From Bacteroidales bacterium UBA1374 (GTDB lineage: Bacteria; Bacteroidota; Bacteroidia; Bacteroidales; UBA932), in the NCBI GenBank assembly GCA_002305545.1, contig DBRG01000023.1:132994-196993 (forward strand): a DNA stretch of 64,000 bases, written 5' to 3'. The notes beneath the pieces were generated by a model. It saw nothing but the letters and a program-made list of their open reading frames with translations, had not been told where the DNA came from and made no database searches. Below are positions 1 to 8,345 of the stretch, one piece after another. How positions within the stretch are numbered: position 1 is the stretch's first letter; the number at the start of each line of letters is the position of its first letter. Made by a program: the position numbers and the translations under genes.

Positions 1-1626
1 ATTGTTGATATGGAATTCGGGGCAATGCTCCCGGCTCTTATTTCGGGGAAAGTGGATATGATAGGAGCCGGATTGTCCATAACGGAGGAAAGGGCCAAGA
101 GCGTCCTGTTTTCCGAGCCCTACTACAAGGGAGGGCTGGCCGTCATGGTACGGGAAAAACCTCAGCAAGCGAAACAGGCAAAACGGGCCAAAACACTTGG
201 CGTACTATTGGGATCTACCCATGAGGAATACGCCCTGACCCACTACCCCGATGACCGCATACAACAATTCCAGAACGTGCCTGACCTGTTGGTATCGCTG
301 CGACAGGGAAAATCAGATGCAGCCATGTATACCCGCGAAATGCTGGCCCCTGTTTTGAAAGAAAATCCGGACCTGGGCATTTTAGCAGATTTTATTTTTT
401 ATGAACCCATAGGAGCCGTTTTCAGCAGGGAAAATGATTCCCTGCGATTGCAGTTCAATGCTTTTATTCAACAAATCCGGGAAAACGGGATTTATGACCA
501 GATGGTGGAACGATGGGTGACCAAAGAAGGGGAAGAGATGCCGGAAATAGAAAAGCACGTGGAAAACGGAATTTTGCGCGTTGCCATGGTAACCAGCATG
601 GGTTTGCCTTTTATAGCGGTCAGTCACGGAAACCTGGTGGGTTATGATGTGGAGATCATGAAGCGCTTTGCCTCTTACCTGGGGAAGGAGTTCGTTCCTG
701 TAGACATGCCTTTCAATAGTTTATTACTGGCCGTGGCCACGGGAAAAGCAGACATGGCCGTATCCTGTATCACGATTACCGAAGAAAGGGCAAAAACAGT
801 GGCTTTTTCCGATAAGTATTACGATTGCAGTGTAAGCATCATTGCCGATATGAGCCGCATGAACCGAGATAATGCCGCAGAATTCATGCCATCGGAGATC
901 CAGTCGGAAAAAAAGGATTTTTTCAAAAAGATCAGCGAGAGTTTTCAAAACAACCTGGTTCACGAAGACCGTTATAAGCTGGTTCTGGACGGGTTGGCTG
1001 TGACGGTCATCATTTCCATCCTGGCAGCCATCCTGGGTACCCTCCTGGCAGGGGTGGTCTGCTCCATGCGCATGTCGGCCTCGCGTTTTGCCACTTCTTT
1101 TGCCAAAGGCTACATTGGTTTCTTCAGGGGTACACCGGTGCTGGTCTTGCTGATGATCATCTTCTATGTGGTGTTCGCATCGGTACAGATCAACCCGGTG
1201 CTGGTGGCGGTCATTGCCTTCGGGTTGAATTTTGCCGCGTATGTTGCCGAGATTTTCCGCACGTCCATCAACAGCATCGGCAAAGGGCAAAAAGAGGCGG
1301 GGATAGCTGCCGGCTTTACCCGCACACAAACCTTCACCCACATCATCCTGCCACAGGCACTACGGCACGCCCTGCCGGTGTACAAGGGAGAATTCATTTC
1401 CATGGTCAAGGCCACATCGGTCGTGGGATACATTGCAGTACAGGACGTTACCAGGGTGAGCGACATCATCCGCAGCCGCACTTTCGATGCTTTCTTTCCG
1501 CTGCTGATAGCTACGGTCATTTACCTGGCATTGTCATGGTTACTGACGTGGTTGCTGGATAAAATTGAAATTTCTGTGGACCCCAAAAGGAAAACCATCA
1601 GAACAATGAAGGAGGAAACAGTATGA
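1..1626 (+). CDS. Amino-acid ABC transporter, fused substrate-binding domain(s) plus permease; 5' end cut by window edge
   Basis: The frame is open from nt 1. A type-2 binding-protein motif [27 protein letters not shown] recurs as [28 protein letters not shown] HisM/GlnP-type membrane domain follows, with the EAA-like loop [28 protein letters not shown]. The TGA stop overlaps the next ATG (ATGA). Confidence 0.85.
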   Translation: MVDMEFGAMLPALISGKVDMIGAGLSITEERAKSVLFSEPYYKGGLAVMVREKPQQAKQAKRAKTLGVLLGSTHEEYALTHYPDDRIQQFQNVPDLLVSLRQGKSDAAMYTREMLAPVLKENPDLGILADFIFYEPIGAVFSRENDSLRLQFNAFIQQIRENGIYDQMVERWVTKEGEEMPEIEKHVENGILRVAMVTSMGLPFIAVSHGNLVGYDVEIMKRFASYLGKEFVPVDMPFNSLLLAVATGKADMAVSCITITEERAKTVAFSDKYYDCSVSIIADMSRMNRDNAAEFMPSEIQSEKKDFFKKISESFQNNLVHEDRYKLVLDGLAVTVIISILAAILGTLLAGVVCSMRMSASRFATSFAKGYIGFFRGTPVLVLLMIIFYVVFASVQINPVLVAVIAFGLNFAAYVAEIFRTSINSIGKGQKEAGIAAGFTRTQTFTHIILPQALRHALPVYKGEFISMVKATSVVGYIAVQDVTRVSDIIRSRTFDAFFPLLIATVIYLALSWLLTWLLDKIEISVDPKRKTIRTMKEETV

Positions 1627-2696
1627 TAAGGGTAGAACATTTGTCCAAGAAATTCGGGGATCTGGAGGTTCTGAAAGATGTGAGTGTTCACATAAAAAAA
1701 GGAGAAGTCATATCTGTCATCGGCCCTTCCGGGACAGGGAAGAGTACTTTTCTGCGGTGTCTGAACCTGCTGGAAACACCTACCGGCGGAAAGATCTTGA
1801 TCGACGGGGAACCATTACTGGATAAAAGGACCGATGTACCCAGGATCCGACGCAAAATGGGCATGGTATTCCAGTCCTTCAACCTGTATGCACACCTGAC
1901 CGTCCTGGAAAATTTAACCCTGGGTCCGGTGATCCTTTTAAAAAAGAAACAAGCAGAGGCGGACCGCAAGGCTGTGGAGTTGCTCAAAATGGTCGGTCTG
2001 GCAGAGAAAGCCTACAATTTTCCCGATGAATTGTCCGGCGGCCAGCAGCAGCGTATTGCCATTGCCCGCTGCCTGGCCATGGAACCCGAGATATTGCTCT
2101 TTGATGAACCCACCTCTGCCCTGGATCCTACCATGGTTAGCGAAGTACTGGCCGTGATCCGCCGTTTGGCGCGCGAAGGCATGACCATGATGATCGTGAC
2201 GCACGAAATGGAATTTGCCCGCAACACATCCACTAGGATTTTCTATATGGATGAGGGGGTGATCTATGAAGAAGGCACACCACAGCAGGTGTTTGACCAT
2301 CCCCGGCGGGATAAGACCAGGGCCTTTATCCAGAGGATTAGGAGTCTGCAGTATGCAATCAACAGCCCGTTGTATGACCTGTACCGGCTTCAGGGCGAAA
2401 TGGTCCTCTTCTGCGAAAAACACGTGATATCTTCAAAAGTATGCAACCGCCTGCAGATCATGGCAGAAGAGGTGCTGCAGATGCAGACCGATTTCACAGA
2501 CATACTGCTGGAGCTCTCCTACTCGGAAAAAGACGACTCACTGATAATGCAATGTGCAGCAGCAGGAGCCCCTCTGAATCCGCTGGAACAGGAAGATAAC
2601 GAAATGCGTGTCACCATGCTGCAGGCCCTCTGTGAAAGCATGGAGTACAGCAACAGCGACGGCAAAAACCGGCTGCTGCTGCGGGTCAGGAGGTAA
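1623..2696 (+). CDS. Polar amino-acid ABC transporter ATP-binding protein with a ~117-aa C-terminal extension
   Basis: Walker [10 protein letters not shown], signature [15 protein letters not shown], Walker [13 protein letters not shown] and H-loop VTHEM are present. The canonical ATPase ends near residue 240 (TRAFIQRI). Residues ~241-357 are extra. Confidence 0.9.
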   Translation: MIRVEHLSKKFGDLEVLKDVSVHIKKGEVISVIGPSGTGKSTFLRCLNLLETPTGGKILIDGEPLLDKRTDVPRIRRKMGMVFQSFNLYAHLTVLENLTLGPVILLKKKQAEADRKAVELLKMVGLAEKAYNFPDELSGGQQQRIAIARCLAMEPEILLFDEPTSALDPTMVSEVLAVIRRLAREGMTMMIVTHEMEFARNTSTRIFYMDEGVIYEEGTPQQVFDHPRRDKTRAFIQRIRSLQYAINSPLYDLYRLQGEMVLFCEKHVISSKVCNRLQIMAEEVLQMQTDFTDILLELSYSEKDDSLIMQCAAAGAPLNPLEQEDNEMRVTMLQALCESMEYSNSDGKNRLLLRVRR

Positions 2697-2707
2697 AAAT
2701 AACTATT

Positions 2708-4174
2708 TCAGGAGCCACTTCGCGGGTCGTTCTTCTTGATGTATTCCAGCAGCTCTTGTGCCAGCTCCGATACCAGCACAATCTGGTCGTAATCAATATA
2801 CACTCCGTTAAAATATTGCATCACCAAAGCGTCACCTATCTGTGTTTCGGGCAATATGCCGGTAAATATGAACCCCAGCTCTTCCAGCCTGGTGGTCATC
2901 GGAGGGGCGAGCGGGTCATTCAAGCTCAGGTATAACTCAAACACCTGTATTTCATCTATAAAAAGCTTTCGCATCTCCTGTTTTAGCAGGGCGATGGCTC
3001 CCTCCCCAAACTCAAAAATGGTTATTTCGGCCAGCGACCTCAGCGAGTGTACAACCACCTCCATGCGTCCTGGTCCTGAGGCCGGTTTGGTGTACTTTGG
3101 TGTAAGGGTGTCGACACTGACCCCAAGATTGTTAAACAACCTGATGATCATCTCACGGTGCTGACCGGGAACGTATAAACCTCTGGCCTCAGGCTGGACA
3201 AAATACCTAAAACCCAGCACATCGGAATTACGTTGCTTGAGGGTGTCTGCAATGCCCTTGAAAGATAGAGACTTGGGTGAGTGCCCCAGCAGTAGGCCGC
3301 AATCCATATAGCCCAGTTTCATACAAAACTTCTGGGTGTAAGGGTGGGCGGTAACCTCCTTGACCTGCATACCCTTGTGTCCTTTTTCTTTAATGTAATC
3401 TTCAAGGAACAGGGTTGACTCCCTGGCAAACCCCTGCCCACGGAATTTTCTTTTGGTTACGGCTATCCCGATTTCTGCCGGAAGTTTTTCGTGGAATATA
3501 ATGGCAACGTGCCCTCCGACTTCACCTTCCGGGGTAACGGCCACAGAAGAAAATAGCTTTCCTTCCTGATTCATGGCTGCCAGCCGCTCAGGAAAATATA
3601 CATTCTCATTGGCATAGGAGTATCCATAGCTGTCGTAAATACACCGGCAGACCTCCAACGATTCTGAAGGTTTCATTTGCCTGATGGTGAACTTTATTGG
3701 GTCAACCGCCTTCCTATCTGCCGGGGGCACAACCACTTCCGCCTCCTTTGGAACATCCTGATCGGCAGCAATGCACAGTGTGTCAAAATATTTAATCAAC
3801 ACCACTTCCTTTCCCCTGACCCCTAAATTGTTAAACCTGTACTCGCCCATGGTCTGCTTTATCAGAAATGAGCCCAATCCTTCCATATCCTGTTCAAGGA
3901 TATTGGCAGCAGGGTCATACCCTTGAATCAATGAAGGATCATAGGGTAATCCCATATCGCGTATATGAATCTCTATTCAATCAAGCCTGCCTGTATACTC
4001 CACCTGATAATCAGCCATCTCTCCAGGGTGAAAAGATGTTTTCATCACGTGAACACAGGCCTCTTCCACGGCCAGCTGGATTTTGTAACAGTCGCGAGAC
4101 GAAAATCCGACAGTTTTGGCAATTTCAGCCGTGTATGATAACAGGGCAGGCAGCAGACTTTCTTCATTAGGCAT
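2708..4174 (-). pseudogene. GHKL/RsbW-like ATPase-fold domain + GNAT acetyltransferase + C-terminal domain, interrupted by one in-frame TGA at 3977-3979
   Basis: ORFs 3977..4234 and 2708..3955 are in the same frame, separated only by TGA plus 7 sense codons. The read-through peptide is ...YQVEYTGRLD*IEIHIRDMGLPYDPSL..., which is contiguous for an anti-sigma-kinase-like fold. The N-terminal helix is KIQLAVEEACVHVM. The GNAT core is IGIAVTKRKFRGQGFA. The likely ATG is at 4174, because the TTG at 4234 lies inside the promoter motif. Confidence 0.6.
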
Positions 4175-4231
4175 GCTTAGCTGACCCAGTTTTTTTTTGT
4201 TGCTTTCATTGGGATTTTGAAATGATTTAAA

Positions 4232-4239
4232 CAAATATA
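4232..4239 (-). promoter_or_regulatory. Bacteroidota -7 promoter element TATATTTG
   Basis: Exact TAnnTTTG on the minus strand, 57 nt upstream of ATG 4174. Confidence 0.4.
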
Positions 4240-4284
4240 TAACAATATTTTATTCCACAATGCTGGGGATGAGGAAGTAAGGGT

Positions 4285-4355
4285 GTTGCAGCACTGTAAC
4301 GAACAAAGCGCCTCGGCGAACCAAAAAAGCGCTCTGTTCGTTACTGTGTAGCAAC
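4285..4355. repeat. Long imperfect palindrome (about 25 bp of stem, 17-nt loop) without a flanking U-tract
   Basis: Arms 4292-4311 (cactgtaacgaacaaagcgc) and 4329-4348 (gcgctctgttcgttactgtg) pair 18/20. An outer 5-bp extension pairs gttgc with gcaac. The loop is ctcggcgaaccaaaaaa. Confidence 0.6.
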
Positions 4356-4385
4356 TGCGCGTTTAAGCAGCTGAAGCCTCGGCTT

Positions 4386-4424
4386 AAATAAAAAACCGGC
4401 TAAAAATTGCTTTTTAACCGGTTT
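4386..4424 (-). terminator. Intrinsic terminator downstream of tRNA-Pro
   Basis: The minus strand reads aaaccggttaaaaagcaatttttagccggtttttt. This is a GC-anchored stem (aaaccgg/ccggttt) with an inner AT stem, followed by a T-run. Confidence 0.55.
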
Positions 4425-4428
4425 CCTG

Positions 4429-4502
4429 TCGGGGTGGTCCGACTCGAACGGACGACCCCCTGCTCCCAAAGCAGGAACGCTAACCAACTGCGCTACACCC
4501 CG
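4429..4502 (-). tRNA. tRNA-Pro (anticodon TGG)
   Basis: Reverse complement: CGGGGTGTAGCGCAGTTGGTTAGCGTTCCTGCTTTGGGAGCAGGGGGTCGTCCGTTCGAGTCGGACCACCCCGA. It forms a cloverleaf with acceptor CGGGGTG/CACCCCG, anticodon loop TTTGGGA and T-loop GTTCGAGTC. CCA is not encoded. Confidence 0.93.
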
Positions 4503-4535
4503 AAACTTCAGGGCTGCGAAGATAGGGAATTTTTT

Positions 4536-5264
4536 TTATTTTATTCCTTTAAGCGCTTTCTCGTATCTTTTTTCCACTTCTTTCCAGTTGATCACGTTCC
4601 AGAAAGCTGCCAGGTAATCTGCCCGTTTGTTCTGGTACTTCAGGTAGTAGGCATGTTCCCACACATCCACTCCCAACAAGGGAATTCCCTGTTTTTCGGC
4701 CACATCCATCAGGGGATTGTCCTGGTTGGGGGTGGAACTGATAAACAGGTTGCCACCTGCGTCAAGGCTCAGCCAGGCCCATCCGCTTCCAAAACGGGAG
4801 GCACCGGCGGTGGCAAAAGCGGTTTTCATCCCGGCAAGAGAACCGAAGGTTTTATCAATGGCTTCTGCCAGCTTTCCGGACGGGGCCCTGTGGCCGGCCT
4901 GTTTGTCCGCGGGGGCCATGTTTTCCCAGAAAAACGTATGGTTGTAATAACCACCGCCATTGTTGCGGACCGCAGCCGGATACCGGCTTATGTTGGTAAG
5001 GATGTTTTCCATGGACATGGTGGCCATTTCGGTTCCCTCCACGGCCTTGACAAAGTTGTTGTAATAGGCCTGGTGGTGCCGGCTATGGTGGATTTCCATG
5101 GTTTGCGCATCTATGTAGGGTTCCAGCGCATCATAAGCATAGGGAAGGGGAGAAAATGTAAAATGTTGCGAAACAGGTTGAGGGGCGGTCTGAGCGCCCA
5201 GGCTGTATTGTATACCCATTGATCCTGCCAGGATAAGGATAAGTGTTAGCTGTATTGTTTTCAT
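4536..5264 (-). CDS. sod: Fe/Mn-family superoxide dismutase with N-terminal signal-peptide-like extension
   Basis: Motifs LPYAYDALEPYID, HHSRHHQAYYNN and DVWEHAYYLKYQN are present. The N-terminus is MKTIQLTLILILAGSMGIQYSLGA before the catalytic domain. Confidence 0.93.
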   Translation of the reverse strand: MKTIQLTLILILAGSMGIQYSLGAQTAPQPVSQHFTFSPLPYAYDALEPYIDAQTMEIHHSRHHQAYYNNFVKAVEGTEMATMSMENILTNISRYPAAVRNNGGGYYNHTFFWENMAPADKQAGHRAPSGKLAEAIDKTFGSLAGMKTAFATAGASRFGSGWAWLSLDAGGNLFISSTPNQDNPLMDVAEKQGIPLLGVDVWEHAYYLKYQNKRADYLAAFWNVINWKEVEKRYEKALKGIK

Positions 5265-5415
5265 AGTTGTATTTATTTGAAAATTCTATTGTTACAAATA
5301 TTTTGCCACAAAATGCTGAATCCCGAAAACTGCTGTTTTGGCAGAGAATAACGAATCTTAAAAAATATTATCTTTAAACAATAATTCATGTCGGGTTTTT
5401 CTATAAACAACGAGT

Positions 5416-6600
5416 ATGAAAGATATTATTCTTCACTTAATTACTACGTTTTTAGTATTTTCTTATCCTCAGATCGAGAAAGCAAGCCTTGTACTGAATA
5501 GTATTTCCCTTGAAAGAGATAGTTTGATGATTGGCTATGGAACGGCATATGTGCTGAGTATGAATGTAGATCCGGAATCGTCTTATAACCTGTTGGATCT
5601 GAAATGGGTAAGCAGTGATGAGCGGATTGTTGCCGTGGACGAGGATGGTTTCTTGTCTGCCGTGGGCCATGGCAGTGCAACCATTACGGTGGCAGCATCA
5701 ACATCAGACACGACCTGTACCGACTCATGCTTTGTGCTGGTGTATCCGGTCCCGGTCAGGATCCCTGATACAGGATTCAGATCGTATTGCCTGTCTTTTG
5801 CCGACAGCAATGCGGATTATTTGCTCACTTCAGATGAATTGGCAGTAATTGACAGGATCACAGTTTCTGACAGGGGGGTAAAATCGTTGGAAGGACTGCA
5901 GTATTTTACTGCCCTGGAAAGCCTGGTTTGTTACAACAATTTACTGACAAGCCTGGATGTGAGAGGTAACAGGGCCCTCAAAATGATCTTGTGTGCCGGC
6001 AATGAACTTAATGCATTGGATCTGAGCCATAATCCGGTCCTGGAATACATAGATTGCAGCAATAATAAACTGGAGAATCTGAGCGTAAGCGATAACAAAA
6101 GTCTTCTTCTGGTTATATGTGCCAACAATGAACTGACAAGCCTGGACGTGAGCCGTAACATAGGGCTTGAATACCTGGATTGCAGCAAAAACCATCTTAA
6201 GAGTCTGGATGTTACTGGAAACAGGGCTTTGACCGTTCTCAATTGCAGTGACAATGAGCTGGCGGCTTTAAATCTTAACAATAACAGTAAGCTGCTCATG
6301 CTGGGGTGTGGATTCAACAGGCTTACCGGCCTGGATGTTAGTGGAAATGTTTTGCTTGAAAACCTGAATTGTCAAAGCAATATGCTGGACTTTCTGGATT
6401 TGAGCCGTAGCAAATCCTTGCTTCGCCTTCATTGTGCAAACAACCAGCTGACGACCCTGGACTTAAGTGCCTGGCCCGGGTCGCAATGCCAGTTTCTAGA
6501 CTGTACCAACAATCAGTGGTTGTTTGAGTTATGGTTGAGGAAGGGGCAGGACACGTCGCTTTATTCCATGGATGAGCACACCGAGGTGATGTACCGGTAG
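5416..6600 (+). CDS. Exported Big_2 (Ig-like) domain + leucine-rich-repeat protein
   Basis: There is an N-terminal hydrophobic segment. A Big_2-like region reads LKWVSSDERIVAVDEDGFLSAVGHGSATITV. About 10 consecutive 21-aa LRR units follow, such as LTSLDVSRNIGLEYLDCSKNH. Confidence 0.85.
   Translation: MKDIILHLITTFLVFSYPQIEKASLVLNSISLERDSLMIGYGTAYVLSMNVDPESSYNLLDLKWVSSDERIVAVDEDGFLSAVGHGSATITVAASTSDTTCTDSCFVLVYPVPVRIPDTGFRSYCLSFADSNADYLLTSDELAVIDRITVSDRGVKSLEGLQYFTALESLVCYNNLLTSLDVRGNRALKMILCAGNELNALDLSHNPVLEYIDCSNNKLENLSVSDNKSLLLVICANNELTSLDVSRNIGLEYLDCSKNHLKSLDVTGNRALTVLNCSDNELAALNLNNNSKLLMLGCGFNRLTGLDVSGNVLLENLNCQSNMLDFLDLSRSKSLLRLHCANNQLTTLDLSAWPGSQCQFLDCTNNQWLFELWLRKGQDTSLYSMDEHTEVMYR
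5878..6516 (+). repeat. About 10 tandem 63-nt (21-aa) LRR coding repeats inside the LRR gene
   Basis: The periodic pattern LxxLDxSxNxxLxxLxCxxNx is seen from aa ~155 to ~367. Confidence 0.8.
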
Positions 6601-6683
6601 GGATTACGTCGCTTCGCTCCGTGATCCCACGATTGGATCCTCAAAGAAAAAACAAGCAAGACTGCCTGCGGCAGTTAAAAGCA

Positions 6684-6730
6684 AAAAAACAGACCGTCTT
6701 TGAGCAAGCTCAGACGGTCTTTATTTTTTT
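6684..6730. terminator. Bidirectional intrinsic terminator between the LRR gene and tRNA-Ser
   Basis: A 9-bp stem pairs agaccgtct (6691-6699) with agacggtct (6712-6720). An A-run lies upstream and a T-run (ttattttttt) downstream. Confidence 0.7.
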
Positions 6731-6765
6731 GCTTTTCCCTTTTGGGGATCGGCTTGTTTTTTCTT

Positions 6766-6855
6766 TGGCGGTGAGGGGGGGATTCGAACCCCCGGTACCC
6801 TTGCGAGTACGTCAGTTTAGCAAACTGGTGGTTTCAGCCACTCACCCACCTCACC
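6766..6855 (-). tRNA. tRNA-Ser (anticodon GCT), CCA encoded
   Basis: Reverse complement: GGTGAGGTGGGTGAGTGGCTGAAACCACCAGTTTGCTAAACTGACGTACTCGCAAGGGTACCGGGGGTTCGAATCCCCCCCTCACCGCCA. It has a long variable arm and anticodon loop TTGCTAA. Confidence 0.9.
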
Positions 6856-6896
6856 AAACCTTTACTTTTAAGGAGGGCAAAGGTATTAATATTATT

Positions 6897-7853
6897 TTAT
6901 TTTGCAATCTGGTCGCGCATGTGGGTGTCGGCCTGGATGTTTTTCAGGCGGTAGTAGTCCATAATGCCGAGGTTGCCTTTGCGGAAAGCTTCTGCGATGG
7001 CCAGAGGGATTTCTGCCTCGGCAAGAATGACTTTTGCACGTGCATCCTGGGCATCGGCTATCTTTTCCTGTTCCAGGGCGACTGCCATGGCGCGGCGCTC
7101 TTCTGCGCGGGCCTGGGCAATGTTCTTATCGGCGTTGGCCTGATCCATCTGCAGAACGGCCCCGATGTTTTTACCCACGTCAATGTCTGCAATGTCAATG
7201 GAAAGGATCTCGAAGGCGGTCCCGGAATCAAGTCCCTTGTCCAGAACCACTTTTGAAATGTAATCCGGATTTTCCAATACCGATTTATGGGAAGAAGCAG
7301 AGCCGATGCTGGAAACGATGCCTTCACCCACGCGGGCCAGAACGGTTTCTTCCCCTGCTCCTCCGACCAGTTGCTTGATGTTGGCCCTGACTGTTACACG
7401 GGCTTTGGCGATAAGCTGGATCCCGTCTTTTGCCACGGCAGAAACTGGCGGGGTGTTGATCACTTTCGGATTGACGGACATTTGCACAGCCTCGAACACG
7501 TCACGCCCTGCCAGGTCAATGGCGGCGGCCATTTTGAAGTCCAGCGGAATGTTGGCTTTATCTGCAGAGATCAGCGCGTTGACCACCTTGATAATATTTC
7601 CCTTGGCCAGGTAGTGGGCTTCCAGGGCATTCACATCCAGTTTCAGGCCTGCTTTTGTTCCGGTGATCATAGCCATGACTATGGTGCTGGGCGGGACCTT
7701 CCTCCAGCGCATGAGCACCAGTTGGATCAGGCTCACCCGAACACCGGATATCAGGGCCTGGAACCAAAGGGTGATGGGGAAAAACCACAAGAGGACGAAT
7801 AAACCAACGATTCCGATGGCTATCCACATTAATGTTATACCTACACTTGACAT
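6897..7853 (-). CDS. floA: Flotillin-like protein FloA (SPFH domain, UPF0365/YqfA family)
   Basis: The full-length pattern is typical of FloA. It has an N-terminal TM segment, then [35 protein letters not shown] and a C-terminal [26 protein letters not shown]. Confidence 0.9.
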   Translation of the reverse strand: MSSVGITLMWIAIGIVGLFVLLWFFPITLWFQALISGVRVSLIQLVLMRWRKVPPSTIVMAMITGTKAGLKLDVNALEAHYLAKGNIIKVVNALISADKANIPLDFKMAAAIDLAGRDVFEAVQMSVNPKVINTPPVSAVAKDGIQLIAKARVTVRANIKQLVGGAGEETVLARVGEGIVSSIGSASSHKSVLENPDYISKVVLDKGLDSGTAFEILSIDIADIDVGKNIGAVLQMDQANADKNIAQARAEERRAMAVALEQEKIADAQDARAKVILAEAEIPLAIAEAFRKGNLGIMDYYRLKNIQADTHMRDQIAK

Positions 7854-7864
7854 AATTTTTTCTT

Positions 7865-8335
7865 TTAGTTGTTTTCTACAGGAGACACAAATATACTCAA
7901 TCCCTCAATATAGACCACCTTTATAGGGGTTTTAGCCTGAATAAGGCCCTGGGAAGAACGGACTTCTATGGTTACATCACCAAACCTGCCGTTGCCTGCG
8001 GGATTCAGGCGGGTCAGGCTAACTCCTTCCATCCCAACAACAATCCCTTTTTCCCCTGGGGAAGGGAGGGCTTTCTCGTCAATTTTCTGATGCAGTGTTA
8101 TTTTTCGCCAGGTTTTAGAGCGCAGGACAAAAAACAGCAGAATGCCACACAGAACGAGCGCTGCGAACAACACTATAAAGCCCACGGTGTTCCCGAACTG
8201 AGAGAATGCCATGACGATGGCACCAATGAAACTGGCCAGTCCCAGAATGCCGGTGATTCCAAATCCGGGGATAACAGTCATCTCGGCAATTATTAATAAG
8301 AGCCCCAAGACCAGAAGTGTTATGATTAATCCCAT
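7865..8335 (-). CDS. NfeD-family membrane protein
   Basis: Three N-terminal TM helices are followed by a C-terminal OB-like NfeD domain ([32 protein letters not shown]). It lies immediately upstream of floA, as in known NfeD-SPFH pairs. Confidence 0.8.
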   Translation of the reverse strand: MGLIITLLVLGLLLIIAEMTVIPGFGITGILGLASFIGAIVMAFSQFGNTVGFIVLFAALVLCGILLFFVLRSKTWRKITLHQKIDEKALPSPGEKGIVVGMEGVSLTRLNPAGNGRFGDVTIEVRSSQGLIQAKTPIKVVYIEGLSIFVSPVENN

Positions 8336-8345
8336 ATCTTTATTA

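Noticed and set aside
3977-3979. The in-frame TGA as selenocysteine, or as evidence of genetic code 4/25
   Set aside because: I found no convincing SECIS-like hairpin in the ~50 nt downstream on the coding strand; the best is a 4-bp stem. The position is not a redox motif. Many conserved genes in this window clearly terminate at TGA, so UGA is a stop in this genome.
4285-4355. The palindrome as an integron attC site
   Set aside because: The ends do not match the RYYYAAC / GTTRRRY core sites. No integron integrase or cassette-like ORF is nearby.
4407-5222. 271-aa ORF on the plus strand
   Set aside because: It is entirely antisense to the well-supported superoxide dismutase gene and runs through the tRNA-Pro gene. 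The translated sequence is low complexity (G/V/F-rich) with no recognisable motif. It is a shadow ORF.
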